41,195 nucleotides of DNA from positions 1 to 41,195 of the forward strand of contig JANWZH010000002.1 in assembly GCA_025054755.1 (NCBI GenBank). The letters run 5' to 3'. The stretch is from Patescibacteria group bacterium (GTDB taxonomy: Bacteria > Patescibacteriota > Minisyncoccia > UBA6257 > 2-01-FULL-56-20). Below, one piece after another: positions 1-11,749 of this stretch (position 1 is the stretch's first letter; every line of letters starts with the position of its first letter). The notes under the pieces are model-generated. The model ran no database searches. It was not told the origin of the DNA and was given only the letters and a program-made list of their open reading frames with translations. The translations under genes were made by a program, and so were the position numbers.

Positions 1-11
1 ATTTTTGAAAT

Positions 12-1247
12 ATGCGTAAAATTTTAATTTTAGGTGGAGGTTTTGGAGGTATTTTTACTGTTAAAAATTTATTTAAATATTTTAAAAATGATTTTAATAC
101 AGAAATTATTTTAATTGATAGCAGGAATTATTTTTTATTTACGCCATTATTAGGCGAAGCTGCAACTGGTGGAGTTTCTTTAAGAGATATTATTGAGCCA
201 ATTAGAGAGATTTTTAATTATAAAAATTTTAAATTTATTCATAGTAAAATTTTGGAAATTGATTTAGATAATAAAAATATTATTTTAGAATGTGGGGAAA
301 TTAATTATGATTATTTGGTTATTTCTTTGGGTTCTGTTCCTAATTTTTATGATATAGTAGGAGCAGAAAAATATGCTTTTACATTAAAATCAATTGATGA
401 TGCTAATAAGCTTAAAAAACATTTAATAAATATTTTTGAAAGAGCATCTTTTTTAATAGAAAAAAATAATAATTTAAATTCTTTATTAAATTTTGTTATT
501 GTTGGGGGTGGTCCAACTGGAGTAGAATTAGCAGCAGAGATTCATAATTTATTTTTTAATACGTTTAAAAAAATGTATCCATTAGATTTAATTAAAAATG
601 TTAATATTTTTATTATTGAGAAAAATAATGAGCTGGTTTCAAATTTTAATCCAATTTTAAGGAAAAAAGTTTTTCAAAGAATATTTGATTTGGGCATTAA
701 AGTTTTATTAAATAAATCGATTAAAGAAGTTAGTAAAGAATTTATTGTTTTAGATGATAATCAAAAAATTTTGACTCAAACAGTTATTTGGACTGCTGGA
801 GTAAGACCAGCTGACGTAAGAATAATAGGAAAGATTAATTTTAAAAATAATAGAATTTTAGTAAATGAATTTTTGCAGATTAATAATTATCCAGAAGTTT
901 TTGCTATTGGAGATTATGCTTATATTCAAAATAAAGATGGTGTGGCGGTGCCTCAATTAGCTCAGGCTGCAGTAGCCGAGGCTAAAATTGTTGCTTTGAA
1001 TATTAAAAATTTAATTTTAAAAAATAATTTAATTAAATTTGAATTTAAGCTCAAAGGTTATTTAATTCCTTTGGGCAAACTTTTTGCAGTTGGCGAAATC
1101 CATAATTTAATAGTAAGTGGAATTTTAGCTTGGATTTTATGGAGATTGGTTTATGTTTCAAAAATTATATTATTAAGAAACAAAATTAAAACCTTAATTG
1201 ATTGGATAGTTGATTTATTTTTGCCAAGAAATACTTCAGAAATTTAA
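12..1247 (+). CDS. ndh: Type II NADH dehydrogenase (NDH-2)-like FAD-dependent oxidoreductase
   Basis: Two Rossmann motifs (ILILGGGFGG; VIVGGGPTGVELAAE), VIWTAGV, VFAIGD, PQLAQAA and a C-terminal amphipathic membrane anchor. Confidence 0.88.
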   Translation: MRKILILGGGFGGIFTVKNLFKYFKNDFNTEIILIDSRNYFLFTPLLGEAATGGVSLRDIIEPIREIFNYKNFKFIHSKILEIDLDNKNIILECGEINYDYLVISLGSVPNFYDIVGAEKYAFTLKSIDDANKLKKHLINIFERASFLIEKNNNLNSLLNFVIVGGGPTGVELAAEIHNLFFNTFKKMYPLDLIKNVNIFIIEKNNELVSNFNPILRKKVFQRIFDLGIKVLLNKSIKEVSKEFIVLDDNQKILTQTVIWTAGVRPADVRIIGKINFKNNRILVNEFLQINNYPEVFAIGDYAYIQNKDGVAVPQLAQAAVAEAKIVALNIKNLILKNNLIKFEFKLKGYLIPLGKLFAVGEIHNLIVSGILAWILWRLVYVSKIILLRNKIKTLIDWIVDLFLPRNTSEI

Positions 1248-1282
1248 AACATTTTTATTTTTAAATTTTAATTTTAAATATT

Positions 1283-1310
1283 TTGCTAAAAAATATAAAA
1301 AATATATAAT
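1283..1310 (+). promoter_or_regulatory. Putative sigma70 promoter TTGCTA-N16-TATAAT
   Basis: Hexamers read directly upstream of the DoxX-like gene. Confidence 0.45.
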
Positions 1311-1396
1311 AAATAATTATTAAAATTTAATAAAATTTTAATAAGGTTGATTAGTCGGATTCTTATTTGTTTAAATTTTTAAATTTATTTTATACA

Positions 1397-1831
1397 ATGT
1401 TTAGAAAGTTCGATATTTTTTTAATTGATTTATTTTACAGAATTTGGAGGCCGTTAAGTAGAATATCTTTATTTATAGTATTTTTTTATTTTGGGTTACT
1501 TAAAGTTTTAAATTTAAGTCCAGCAACTCCATTAGTTGAATTATTGGCTCAAAAAACAATTAATTTTATAAACTTTAATTATTTCTTAGTTTTTTTTGGA
1601 ATATTTGAAATGATTATTGGATTATTTTTTATTTTGCCAAATTTTGAAAGAATTGCTATTTTTTTATTATTTTTGCACATGATAACAACTTTTTTGCCAT
1701 TAGTTTTTTTATATGATATTACTTGGTCTGGATTTTTAATTCCAACTTTAGAAGGACAATATATTATTAAAAATTTAGTAATTATTTCTTTGGCTTTAGT
1801 AATAGGTGGTCATCTTAATAAAAATAATTAA
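1397..1831 (+). CDS. DoxX/DUF417-like membrane protein
   Basis: R-ISL..VFFYFGLLK, SPA..LV, GIFEMIIG, PTLEGQYIIKN motifs; ATG at 1397 preferred over TTG at 1367. Confidence 0.75.
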   Translation: MFRKFDIFLIDLFYRIWRPLSRISLFIVFFYFGLLKVLNLSPATPLVELLAQKTINFINFNYFLVFFGIFEMIIGLFFILPNFERIAIFLLFLHMITTFLPLVFLYDITWSGFLIPTLEGQYIIKNLVIISLALVIGGHLNKNN

Positions 1832-1832
1832 T

Positions 1833-2351
1833 ATGGATATTTTTGCTCATGCTCTTTGGACAAATTTAGTTCATGGTTATACTATACATAAAAAAGAAAT
1901 TAATATTTCTAAATTTTGGTCTATTTTTTGGGGAGTTTTTCCAGATTTTTTTGCTTTTACGCCAATATTTTTTTGGTCAATAATTAATCGTATTAATTTA
2001 AAACCAGAAGACATAGAGCCAATAAATAAAGATTCTTTATTTATTTTTAATTTTACTCATAATCTTTATAATATTAGTCATAGCTTAATTATTTTTGGAA
2101 TTATATTTTTGATTGTTTATTTAATTAAGAAAAAAATTTATTTTGCTTTATTTGGTTGGCCATTACATATTTTAATTGATATACCTACTCATTCTTATAG
2201 ATTTTATCCAACTCCTTTTTTATGGCCAATTTCTGATTTTAAGTTTGGTGGTATTTCTTGGGGGGTTCCTTGGTTTATGTTTTTAAATTATTCTTTAATT
2301 CTAATTTTTTATTTAATAGCATTTTTAAAATTTAAAAATAAACAATTTTGA
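1833..2351 (+). CDS. Membrane-bound metal-dependent hydrolase-like protein (YdjM/LexA-binding type)
   Basis: MDIFAHALW, GVFPDF, SHSL, HILIDIPTH, PFLWP motifs; ATG at 1833 directly follows the upstream stop. Confidence 0.65.
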   Translation: MDIFAHALWTNLVHGYTIHKKEINISKFWSIFWGVFPDFFAFTPIFFWSIINRINLKPEDIEPINKDSLFIFNFTHNLYNISHSLIIFGIIFLIVYLIKKKIYFALFGWPLHILIDIPTHSYRFYPTPFLWPISDFKFGGISWGVPWFMFLNYSLILIFYLIAFLKFKNKQF

Positions 2352-2375
2352 CTTTAATTTTATATTCATTATAAT
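2348..2375 (+). promoter_or_regulatory. Putative sigma70 promoter of ftsH, TTGACT-N16-TATAAT
   Basis: Near-consensus hexamers ending 9 nt before the ATG. Confidence 0.65.
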
Positions 2376-2384
2376 TATAAAAAT

Positions 2385-4226
2385 ATGAAAAATTTTTATA
2401 AAAATTTATTTTTAATTATTTCAATTTTTATTTCTATTTCATTATTTTTTTCTTTTTTTATGACAAAAAATAATGAGATTATTGATTTAAGCTTAAATCA
2501 GCTAGCTCAAAAGATTAACAATAATGAAGTTAAAAAAATTATTATTTCTGGAAGTCAATTAAACATTTTGTTAAATGATGATAAAAAAGCTATTGCTCAA
2601 AAAGAAAATGAATCTGGAATTATTGAAACATTAAAAAATCTTGGAACAAAAGAAGATGCTTTACAAAAAGTAGATATTGTTGTTCAAAATGAAAGTGGTT
2701 TAAGGTTTTGGGCCGGAGTTTTAATTCCAACAATCTTGCCTCTGCTTTTAATTATGCTTTTTTTCTGGTTTACATTCAGGCAAGCTAAAAGTGGAATTAA
2801 TCAAGCTTTTACTTTTGGAAGATCCAACATTAGATTGTTTTCTCCAAAATTTCATGAAAGAATAACTTTTAAAGATGTAGCTGGCTTAAAAGAAGCTAAA
2901 GAAGAATTAACTGAAATTGTTGATTTTTTGAAAAGTCCTAAAAAATATTTAGATATTGGAGCACGTATTCCTCGTGGAGTTTTATTGGTTGGTCATCCAG
3001 GAACTGGAAAAACTCTTTTAGCTAAGGCTGTGGCTGGAGAAAGCAATGTTCCTTTTTTCCATGTTTCTGCTTCAGAGTTTGTTGAAATGTTTGTGGGCGT
3101 TGGCGCTGCGAGAATCAGAGATGCTTTTCAAACTGCTAAAAGTGCCGCACCATCAATTTTGTTTATAGATGAAATTGATGCGGTTGGTAGGCAACGTGGA
3201 GCTGGATTGGGGGGTGGAAACGACGAACGAGAACAAACTTTAAATCAAATTTTAGTAGAATTAGATGGTTTTGATAGGAATACTCAATTAATAGTTTTGG
3301 CAGCAACAAATAGGCCAGATGTTTTAGATCCTGCTTTGCTCCGTCCTGGAAGATTTGATAGAAGAATAATTTTGGATTTACCAGATATTAATGATCGAGA
3401 AGAAATTTTAAAAATTCATGCTAGAAATAAACAATTAGAACCGGATGTTGATTTGAAAAAAGTAGCGGTTCGCACTCCTGGTTTTTCCGGGGCAGATTTA
3501 GCTAATTTGATTAATGAAGCTGCAATTTTAGCTGCTAGAAAAAATAAAACTAAAATTAGTCAAAATGAATTATTTGAAGCAATTGAAAAAGTTATTTTAG
3601 GACCAGAGCGAAAAAATAAATCAATTTCTCAAAAAGAAAAAGAAATTACAGCTTATCACGAAGGAGGTCATGCTTTGGTTGCAGCAGCAATAAAAGAATC
3701 TGATCCAGTTCATAAGGTTTCAATTATTAGTCGTGGTTTCGCTGGTGGATATACAATGAAATTGCCAATTGAAGAAAGAAGACTTAAAACTAGAAAACAA
3801 TTTTTAGCTGATTTAGCTATGATGCTTGGTGGATATGCTGCTGAAAAAATTGTTTTTGAAGATATTTCTACTGGAGCTTCAAATGATTTAAAAGAAGCAA
3901 CTGATTTAACTAGAAAATTGGTAACAAGATATGGAATGAGTAATTTGGGTCCAATTACTTTTGGCGAGACAGAAGAATTAATATTTTTGGGCAGAGAAAT
4001 AGCAACTGAAAAAAATTATTCTGAAGAAACAGCTAAAAAAATAGATGAAGAAGTTAAAAGAATAATTGATCATGTTTACAACTTAACTATTTCTATTATA
4101 AAGAAAAATAAAAAAATATTAGATAAAATTGCTCAAGTTTTAATGGAAAAAGAAACCTTAGAACAAGAAGAATTTTATGAATTGTTAAAGCCATTTAAAC
4201 TTAAACAAGTTTCTATTAATTTTTAA
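2385..4226 (+). CDS. ftsH: ATP-dependent zinc metalloprotease FtsH
   Basis: Two TM segments, Walker A GHPGTGKT, Walker [36 protein letters not shown] zinc site. Confidence 0.97.
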   Translation: MKNFYKNLFLIISIFISISLFFSFFMTKNNEIIDLSLNQLAQKINNNEVKKIIISGSQLNILLNDDKKAIAQKENESGIIETLKNLGTKEDALQKVDIVVQNESGLRFWAGVLIPTILPLLLIMLFFWFTFRQAKSGINQAFTFGRSNIRLFSPKFHERITFKDVAGLKEAKEELTEIVDFLKSPKKYLDIGARIPRGVLLVGHPGTGKTLLAKAVAGESNVPFFHVSASEFVEMFVGVGAARIRDAFQTAKSAAPSILFIDEIDAVGRQRGAGLGGGNDEREQTLNQILVELDGFDRNTQLIVLAATNRPDVLDPALLRPGRFDRRIILDLPDINDREEILKIHARNKQLEPDVDLKKVAVRTPGFSGADLANLINEAAILAARKNKTKISQNELFEAIEKVILGPERKNKSISQKEKEITAYHEGGHALVAAAIKESDPVHKVSIISRGFAGGYTMKLPIEERRLKTRKQFLADLAMMLGGYAAEKIVFEDISTGASNDLKEATDLTRKLVTRYGMSNLGPITFGETEELIFLGREIATEKNYSEETAKKIDEEVKRIIDHVYNLTISIIKKNKKILDKIAQVLMEKETLEQEEFYELLKPFKLKQVSINF

Positions 4227-4250
4227 ATATTTCTATTAATTTTTTAATAT
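4211..4250 (+). repeat. Tandem 20-bp duplication spanning the ftsH stop codon
   Basis: ttctattaatttttaaatat followed by ttctattaattttttaatat (1 mismatch). Confidence 0.55.
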
Positions 4251-4253
4251 TTT

Positions 4254-4281
4254 TTGTAATTTCATATTTTTTTGTTATTAT
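4254..4281 (+). promoter_or_regulatory. Putative promoter TTGTAA-N16-TATTAT (extended TG), 6 nt before ATG
   Basis: Hexamers read directly; geometry predicts a leaderless transcript. Confidence 0.5.
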
Positions 4282-4287
4282 TAAATT

Positions 4288-5562
4288 ATGAGTTCTTATA
4301 AAAAAGTAATTTTTTCAAATGGTTTAAGATTAATTTTAGTTCCTCAGTCAAACAGTTTAGCAACAACTATTTTGATTTTAGTAGAGGCTGGTTCAGAATA
4401 TGAAACAAAAGAAATTAATGGCATTTCTCACTTTTTAGAGCATATGTGTTTTAAGGGAACTAAAAATAGGCCAAATCCTGGAATTATTGCTGAAGAGCTT
4501 GATAGCTTAGGCGCAGAATATAATGCTTTTACTTCGCAAGAATATACTGGTTATTGGGCTAAGGTTCAAAATAATAAGATTAATGAAGCAATTGATATTG
4601 TTTCTGATCTTTACTTAAATCCTATTTTTGATGAAAAAGAAATAGAAAAAGAAAAAGGAGTAATTATTGAAGAAATTAATATGTATGAAGATATACCAAT
4701 GCGTCGAGTCCAAGATTTATTTATGCAATTACTTTATGGTGATCAACCAGCTGGGTGGGATATTGCTGGGCAAAAGGAAATTATTCAAAAATTGCAAAAA
4801 AAAGATTTTATTGATTACAGATTCAAACATTATATTTCTTCTAAAACTGTTATAGTAGTAGCTGGTAATTTTAATCAAAAATTAGTTACTAAAAAAATTG
4901 AAAAGATCTTTGGTAATTTGCCAAAGAAGAAAAAAATTTTAAAACCAAAAACTATTTGGGAACAAAACAAACCTCAAACTTTAATTAAGTTTAAAGAATC
5001 TGATCAAGACCATTTAGTTTTAGGAGTTAGAACATTTGATATTTTTGACAAAAGAAAATACATTTTACAAGTTTTATCAAATATTTTAGGAGGAGGAATG
5101 AGCTCTAGATTATTTAAAAAAATCAGAGAAGAGCTTGGTGCAGCTTATTATGTTAGAGCTGGCATAGATTTATTTATTGATCATGGTTTTTTAGCTGTTT
5201 CAGTTGGTTCTCATCATGATAAAACCAAAATTGTAATAAAAACTATTTTAGATGAATTTAAAAAATTAACTAAAGAATTAGTTTCGCAAGATGAGCTTGA
5301 AAAAGCTAAGAATCATTTAATTGGTAATTTTATTTTAGGCCTAGAAACTTCAGATGAATTAGCTTTTTTCTATGGAGGAGAAGAATTATTAACCAAAAAA
5401 ATATATAAACCTGAAGAAATTATTAAAAATATTAAAAAAGTTCAACCTGAAGATATTCGAAATATTGCTCGATTAATTTTTAAAGATTCTATTTTAAATT
5501 TAGCAATTATAGGCCCATACAAGGAAGATATTTTTAAAAATATTTTAAGTTTAAAAGCGTAA
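4288..5562 (+). CDS. M16 family (pitrilysin/insulinase-like) zinc peptidase
   Basis: Inverted zinc motif HFLEH, NAFTSQEYT, LGGGMSSRLF. Confidence 0.93.
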   Translation: MSSYKKVIFSNGLRLILVPQSNSLATTILILVEAGSEYETKEINGISHFLEHMCFKGTKNRPNPGIIAEELDSLGAEYNAFTSQEYTGYWAKVQNNKINEAIDIVSDLYLNPIFDEKEIEKEKGVIIEEINMYEDIPMRRVQDLFMQLLYGDQPAGWDIAGQKEIIQKLQKKDFIDYRFKHYISSKTVIVVAGNFNQKLVTKKIEKIFGNLPKKKKILKPKTIWEQNKPQTLIKFKESDQDHLVLGVRTFDIFDKRKYILQVLSNILGGGMSSRLFKKIREELGAAYYVRAGIDLFIDHGFLAVSVGSHHDKTKIVIKTILDEFKKLTKELVSQDELEKAKNHLIGNFILGLETSDELAFFYGGEELLTKKIYKPEEIIKNIKKVQPEDIRNIARLIFKDSILNLAIIGPYKEDIFKNILSLKA

Positions 5563-5611
5563 TTGTTTTAGTTTTAAAACGTTATATTATATTATTAAAA
5601 AAAGATTAAAA

Positions 5612-6619
5612 ATGGAAAGAAAATTTTTTGAAATTTCATGGTTAAGTTTATGGAGAGTATTATTTTTTGGAATATCTGTTTTTATTTTTTATTTAGCTAG
5701 TGATATATTTTTGGCTTTATTTTTGGCTATTGTAATTTCTTCTGGGTTAGATTTTTTTATTGATTTTTTAGAAAAGAGAGGACTGCCACGAGTTTTGGGC
5801 ACTATTTTTGTATTTATTGTTATTGCTTTAATTATAATAATTATTTTATATACAGTAATTCCTTTAATTTTAATAGATATAAATACAGTTTATAAAAGTT
5901 TATCAAAATATGGTTTAAGTAAATTTATACCATCTATTTTCTTAAAACAACCAACTTCATTTGGTGATTTTATTGATAAAATATCTGCTCAATTTTTTAG
6001 TGATGCGGCTTCGCCGTTAGAGGTTTTTGGAGGATTAATTGGAAATGCGACTCTTTTTGTTTCTATTATTATAATTTCTTTTTATTTATGTATAACTAAA
6101 AATGGCATTGAACGTTTTATTTTGGCTGTTTTCCCAGAAAATATTGAGCAAAAAGCATTAAAAATTTATAATAAATCTTTAATTAGAATTAGTCGTTGGT
6201 TTAGGGCTCAAATATTTTTAAGTTTGACAATGTTTATTTTAGTTTTCATAACTTTATATTTTTTGGGTGTTAAAAATTACTTCTTTTTAGCTTTACTTGC
6301 CGGATTATTTGAAATTATTCCTTATGTTGGTCCTATTATTGCTGGCGGAGCAGCAACAATTTCAGCATTAACTAGCTCTGTTTCTTTAGCCGTTTATACT
6401 TTAATTATATTTATTATTTTACAACAATTAGAAAATCATTTTTTGGTGCCATTATTTATGAAAAAAAGCATTGACCTTCACCCAGTAATTGTTATTGTTG
6501 CTTTATTGGTTGGTGGTCGTTTGGGTGGTTTTTTGGGAGTTTTAATTTCTGTACCGTTATTGGTAGTTATTCAAGAAATGTTAGAAGAATGGTTAGATAA
6601 ATCAAAAAATATTAATTAG
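5612..6619 (+). CDS. AI-2E family (PerM-like) transporter
   Basis: Multiple TM helices, IPYVGP, QQLENHFLVP, LHPV motifs. Confidence 0.9.
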   Translation: MERKFFEISWLSLWRVLFFGISVFIFYLASDIFLALFLAIVISSGLDFFIDFLEKRGLPRVLGTIFVFIVIALIIIIILYTVIPLILIDINTVYKSLSKYGLSKFIPSIFLKQPTSFGDFIDKISAQFFSDAASPLEVFGGLIGNATLFVSIIIISFYLCITKNGIERFILAVFPENIEQKALKIYNKSLIRISRWFRAQIFLSLTMFILVFITLYFLGVKNYFFLALLAGLFEIIPYVGPIIAGGAATISALTSSVSLAVYTLIIFIILQQLENHFLVPLFMKKSIDLHPVIVIVALLVGGRLGGFLGVLISVPLLVVIQEMLEEWLDKSKNIN

Positions 6620-6630
6620 ATGGTTAAATT

Positions 6631-8070
6631 ATGAAAAAATTTTATATTACAACAACTTTGCCTTATGTAAATGCTTCTTTGCACATTGGTCATTCTTTAG
6701 AATTTGTTTTTGCTGATATTATTGCAAGATTTAAAAGGCAGCAAGGCTATGATGTTATTTTTAATACTGGAACGGATGAACATGGATTAAAAATTTATAG
6801 AACTGCTATTTCTCAAAATAAAAATCCACAAGAATATGTAGATGAACAAGCTGAAAAATTTAAAAAATTAATAAAAGACTTAAATTTAAGTGTAACTAAT
6901 TTTATTAGAACTACTGATCAATTTCATATTGAATCTGCTAAATATTTTTGGAATTTATGTAAAAAAAATGGAGATATTTATAAAGGAATATATAAAGCTA
7001 AATATTGTGTGGGATGCGAAATGGAAAAGACTGATTCTGAATTAGAAAACAATAAATGCCCATTGCATCCTAATTTAGAATTAGAAATTTTTGAAGAAGA
7101 AAATTATTTTTTTAGATTTTCTAAATATCAAAATAATCTTTTAAAATTGTATGAAAATCAAGATTTTATTTTGCCTTTAGCTAGGTTAAACGAAATTAAA
7201 AATTTTGTATCTGGAGGATTACAAGATTTTAGTATTTCAAGATTAAAATCAAAAATGCCATGGGGGATAGATGTTCCAGATGATAATGATCATGTAATGT
7301 ATGTTTGGTTTGATGCTTTAATTAATTATATTTCGACTTTAGGCTGGCCAAATGATTTAAAAAAATTTAATGATTTTTGGCCTGGTATTCAAATTGCTGG
7401 AAAGGATAATTTGCGTCAACAATCTGCTATTTGGCAAGCTATGCTTTTGTCGGCTGGACTTTTGCCATCACAACAAATTATTATTCATGGTTTTATTACA
7501 ATTGATGGTCAAAAAATTAGCAAAACTATAGGTAATGTTATTTATCCAGAAGATATTATTAAAAAATATTCTAATGATGCTTTACGTTTTTGGTTTGCAT
7601 CAGAAATTGGCATTTTTGATGATGGTGATTTTAGTTTAGAAAAATTTGATGAAGTTTATAATGCTAAATTAGTTAATGGGTTAGGAAATTTTTATTCTCG
7701 AGTTTTAGCTTTAGCTGAAAAAATTGGAGATTTTAATTTTAATGAAAATATTTTTAATGATTTTAGGTTTAAGATTGATCAAGCGAAGCAATTAATTTAT
7801 CAAAAAATGGAAAATTATTTATTTAAAGAAGCCCTATCTGAAATTTGGTCATTAATTGCTTTTGGTGATTTATTTATTGATAAAACAGAGCCATGGAAAG
7901 ATTTCAATAAGGATAATATTTATAATTTAATTGTGTTATTAGATAATATTGGTTATTTAATTTATCCTTTTATGCCCGAAACATCAGAAATTATTCAAAA
8001 ATCAATTTTAATAGAAAATAATATAATGAAAGCTAAAAGGCAAAAAATTTTATTTCCAAAAGTAAAATAA
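6631..8070 (+). CDS. metG: Methionine--tRNA ligase (short form, no C-terminal dimerisation domain)
   Basis: YITTTLPYVN, HIGH, GTDEHG, YVWFDAL, KISKT (KMSKS equivalent). Confidence 0.96.
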   Translation: MKKFYITTTLPYVNASLHIGHSLEFVFADIIARFKRQQGYDVIFNTGTDEHGLKIYRTAISQNKNPQEYVDEQAEKFKKLIKDLNLSVTNFIRTTDQFHIESAKYFWNLCKKNGDIYKGIYKAKYCVGCEMEKTDSELENNKCPLHPNLELEIFEEENYFFRFSKYQNNLLKLYENQDFILPLARLNEIKNFVSGGLQDFSISRLKSKMPWGIDVPDDNDHVMYVWFDALINYISTLGWPNDLKKFNDFWPGIQIAGKDNLRQQSAIWQAMLLSAGLLPSQQIIIHGFITIDGQKISKTIGNVIYPEDIIKKYSNDALRFWFASEIGIFDDGDFSLEKFDEVYNAKLVNGLGNFYSRVLALAEKIGDFNFNENIFNDFRFKIDQAKQLIYQKMENYLFKEALSEIWSLIAFGDLFIDKTEPWKDFNKDNIYNLIVLLDNIGYLIYPFMPETSEIIQKSILIENNIMKAKRQKILFPKVK

Positions 8071-8080
8071 TTTAATTATT

Positions 8081-8929
8081 ATGGTTAAGTTTTTTGATGC
8101 ACATACTCATGTTCAATTTAATGCTTTTGCTCATGATTGGAAAGATGTTTTAGATAGAGCATTTAAAAATCAAATTGGTTTAATTAATGTTGGTACTAAT
8201 AAAATAACATCGCAAAAAGCTTTAAATTTAATTAATGATTATGCAAATTTAAATTCTAAATTTTTATACATATATGCTACAGTTGGTCTTCATCCAATTC
8301 ATATTAAAAAATCATTTCACGATCCTGATGAATTAGAAGAAAATGATTTTATGGGAGAAAATGATTTTGATTATGAATTTTATAGAAATTTGGCTTTAAA
8401 TTCAAAAGTTTTAGGTATTGGAGAATGCGGTTTAGACTATTTTAGATTAGAAAATAATGATGAAAAATTTAAACAAATTGATATATTTCAAAAACAAATT
8501 AAACTTAGTTTTGACATTAAAAAACCATTAATGATTCATTGTCGCAATGCTTATTCAGATTTAATTAAAGTTTTAAAAAATAATAAAAATTTATTAAATA
8601 ATTATTCAGGAATTGTTCATTTTTTTAGTGGTTCAAAAGATGATGCAAGACAATTATTAGATTTGGGTTTTTATTTTACTTTTGGTGGAGTAATTACTTT
8701 TACAAAAAATTATAATGAAGTAATTAGGTTTATTCCTTTAAATAGAATTTTATCTGAAACAGATGCGCCATATGTTGCGCCAGTTCCATATAGAGGCAAA
8801 AGAAATGAGCCATTATATGTAATTGAAGTTGTTAAAAAATTAGCTGAAATTAAAAATATAGATTTTAATGATTTGAATGTTAAAATTTTAGAAAATTTAC
8901 ATAACTTATTTAATATAAATTTTAATTAA
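8081..8929 (+). CDS. tatD: TatD family hydrolase/nuclease
   Basis: DAHTH, GLHP, IGECGLDY, IHCR, ETDAPY, RGKRNEP. Confidence 0.93.
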   Translation: MVKFFDAHTHVQFNAFAHDWKDVLDRAFKNQIGLINVGTNKITSQKALNLINDYANLNSKFLYIYATVGLHPIHIKKSFHDPDELEENDFMGENDFDYEFYRNLALNSKVLGIGECGLDYFRLENNDEKFKQIDIFQKQIKLSFDIKKPLMIHCRNAYSDLIKVLKNNKNLLNNYSGIVHFFSGSKDDARQLLDLGFYFTFGGVITFTKNYNEVIRFIPLNRILSETDAPYVAPVPYRGKRNEPLYVIEVVKKLAEIKNIDFNDLNVKILENLHNLFNINFN

Positions 8930-8948
8930 ATATTTTTTATTTTGGCTC

Positions 8949-8976
8949 TTGACTTGTTTTATTGTTTTAATATAAT
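8949..8976 (+). promoter_or_regulatory. 16S rRNA promoter TTGACT-N16-TATAAT
   Basis: Near-consensus hexamers about 145 nt upstream of the mature 16S 5' end, followed by hairpin gaatcctt-taa-aaggattc. Confidence 0.7.
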
Positions 8977-9030
8977 AAATGAGAATCCTTTAAAAGGATT
9001 CGTTTTGTTTATTTTAGATTTTTGAAAATT

Positions 9031-10805
<1,775 letters not shown>

Positions 10806-10817
10806 TTTTTAAAAAAA

Positions 10818-10846
10818 TTGTCAAAAAAAATATAGAATGTTAAAAT
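10818..10846 (+). promoter_or_regulatory. Putative promoter TTGTCA-N17-TAAAAT (extended TG), 7 nt before ATG
   Basis: Hexamers read directly upstream of the receiver-domain gene. Confidence 0.55.
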
Positions 10847-10853
10847 TATAATT

Positions 10854-11234
10854 ATGAATGATAATCAGCCTAAGATTTTTATTATTGAAGATGATAAATT
10901 TTTATCATTAGTTTTGAAGGGTAGACTAGAAAGAGAGGGCATAAAAGTTTTTCAAGCTTTTGATGGCAAAGAAGCTTTAGATCTTTTAAAACAAGAAATT
11001 CCAGATTTGATTTTATTGGATTTAATTATGCCAAACATGAGCGGTTTTGAATTTTTAGAAAATTTAAGACAAGATCCGCAATATGCTTCAATTCCAGTAG
11101 TAGTAATTAGTAATTTGGGACAAGAAACAGATGTCCAAAAAGCTAAAACTTTTGGTGTAATAGAATATTATGTTAAAGTTAGAACGTCGATTGAAGATTT
11201 AATATCAAGAATAAAAGAAATTATTCAAAAATAA
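10854..11234 (+). CDS. Single-domain response regulator (CheY-like receiver)
   Basis: IFIIEDD, PDLILLDLIMP (phospho-Asp), conserved S and K; no output domain. Confidence 0.92.
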   Translation: MNDNQPKIFIIEDDKFLSLVLKGRLEREGIKVFQAFDGKEALDLLKQEIPDLILLDLIMPNMSGFEFLENLRQDPQYASIPVVVISNLGQETDVQKAKTFGVIEYYVKVRTSIEDLISRIKEIIQK

Positions 11235-11235
11235 T

Positions 11236-11553
11236 ATGATTGATAAAAAATTAATTCCACAAATTAAAACAGGGATAAAAGTTAGAGTTTATTCTACTCT
11301 AAATAAAGAACCGCTATCTCCATTTGAGGGTATTGTTATTGCTAGAAAGCATGGTAATGAACCAGGAGCAACTTTTACAGTACGTAGCATTATTTCGGGG
11401 GTTGGCGTTGAAAAGGTTTTTCCAATTTATTCTCCTGCTATTTCAAAATTAGAAATTATTGCTAAGCCCAAAAAGGTTAAAAGATCTAAACTTTATTGGA
11501 TTAGATCTGCTTCTGGGACAAAAATTAGAAAAAGACTTGGGGTTTCTATTTAA
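11236..11553 (+). CDS. rplS: 50S ribosomal protein L19
   Basis: FEGIVIA, TFTVR, GVGVEKVFP, KRSKLYWIR. Confidence 0.95.
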   Translation: MIDKKLIPQIKTGIKVRVYSTLNKEPLSPFEGIVIARKHGNEPGATFTVRSIISGVGVEKVFPIYSPAISKLEIIAKPKKVKRSKLYWIRSASGTKIRKRLGVSI

Positions 11554-11749
11554 TTTTAAATTTTAATTTTAAATTATTAATAACTTATTAATTTAAATTT
11601 ATTTTATTTTTTTATAATTTTAAAAAAGATAAGATTTTGTTTCTATAAATAATTTTATTTAATTTTAATTAATTTTAAAAAAGTTTATTATTAAATTTTT
11701 ATTTATCAAATAATTTGATTTCTTATTTTAAAATTTTTATTATTATAAT

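Noticed and set aside
4667..4855. 62-aa ORF in an alternative frame
   Set aside because: Nested in the M16 peptidase gene; no motifs.
11554..11749. Extremely AT-rich ~200-bp gap as a possible origin, ncRNA or repeat array
   Set aside because: No DnaA boxes, regular repeats or GC-rich stems seen; consistent with background composition.
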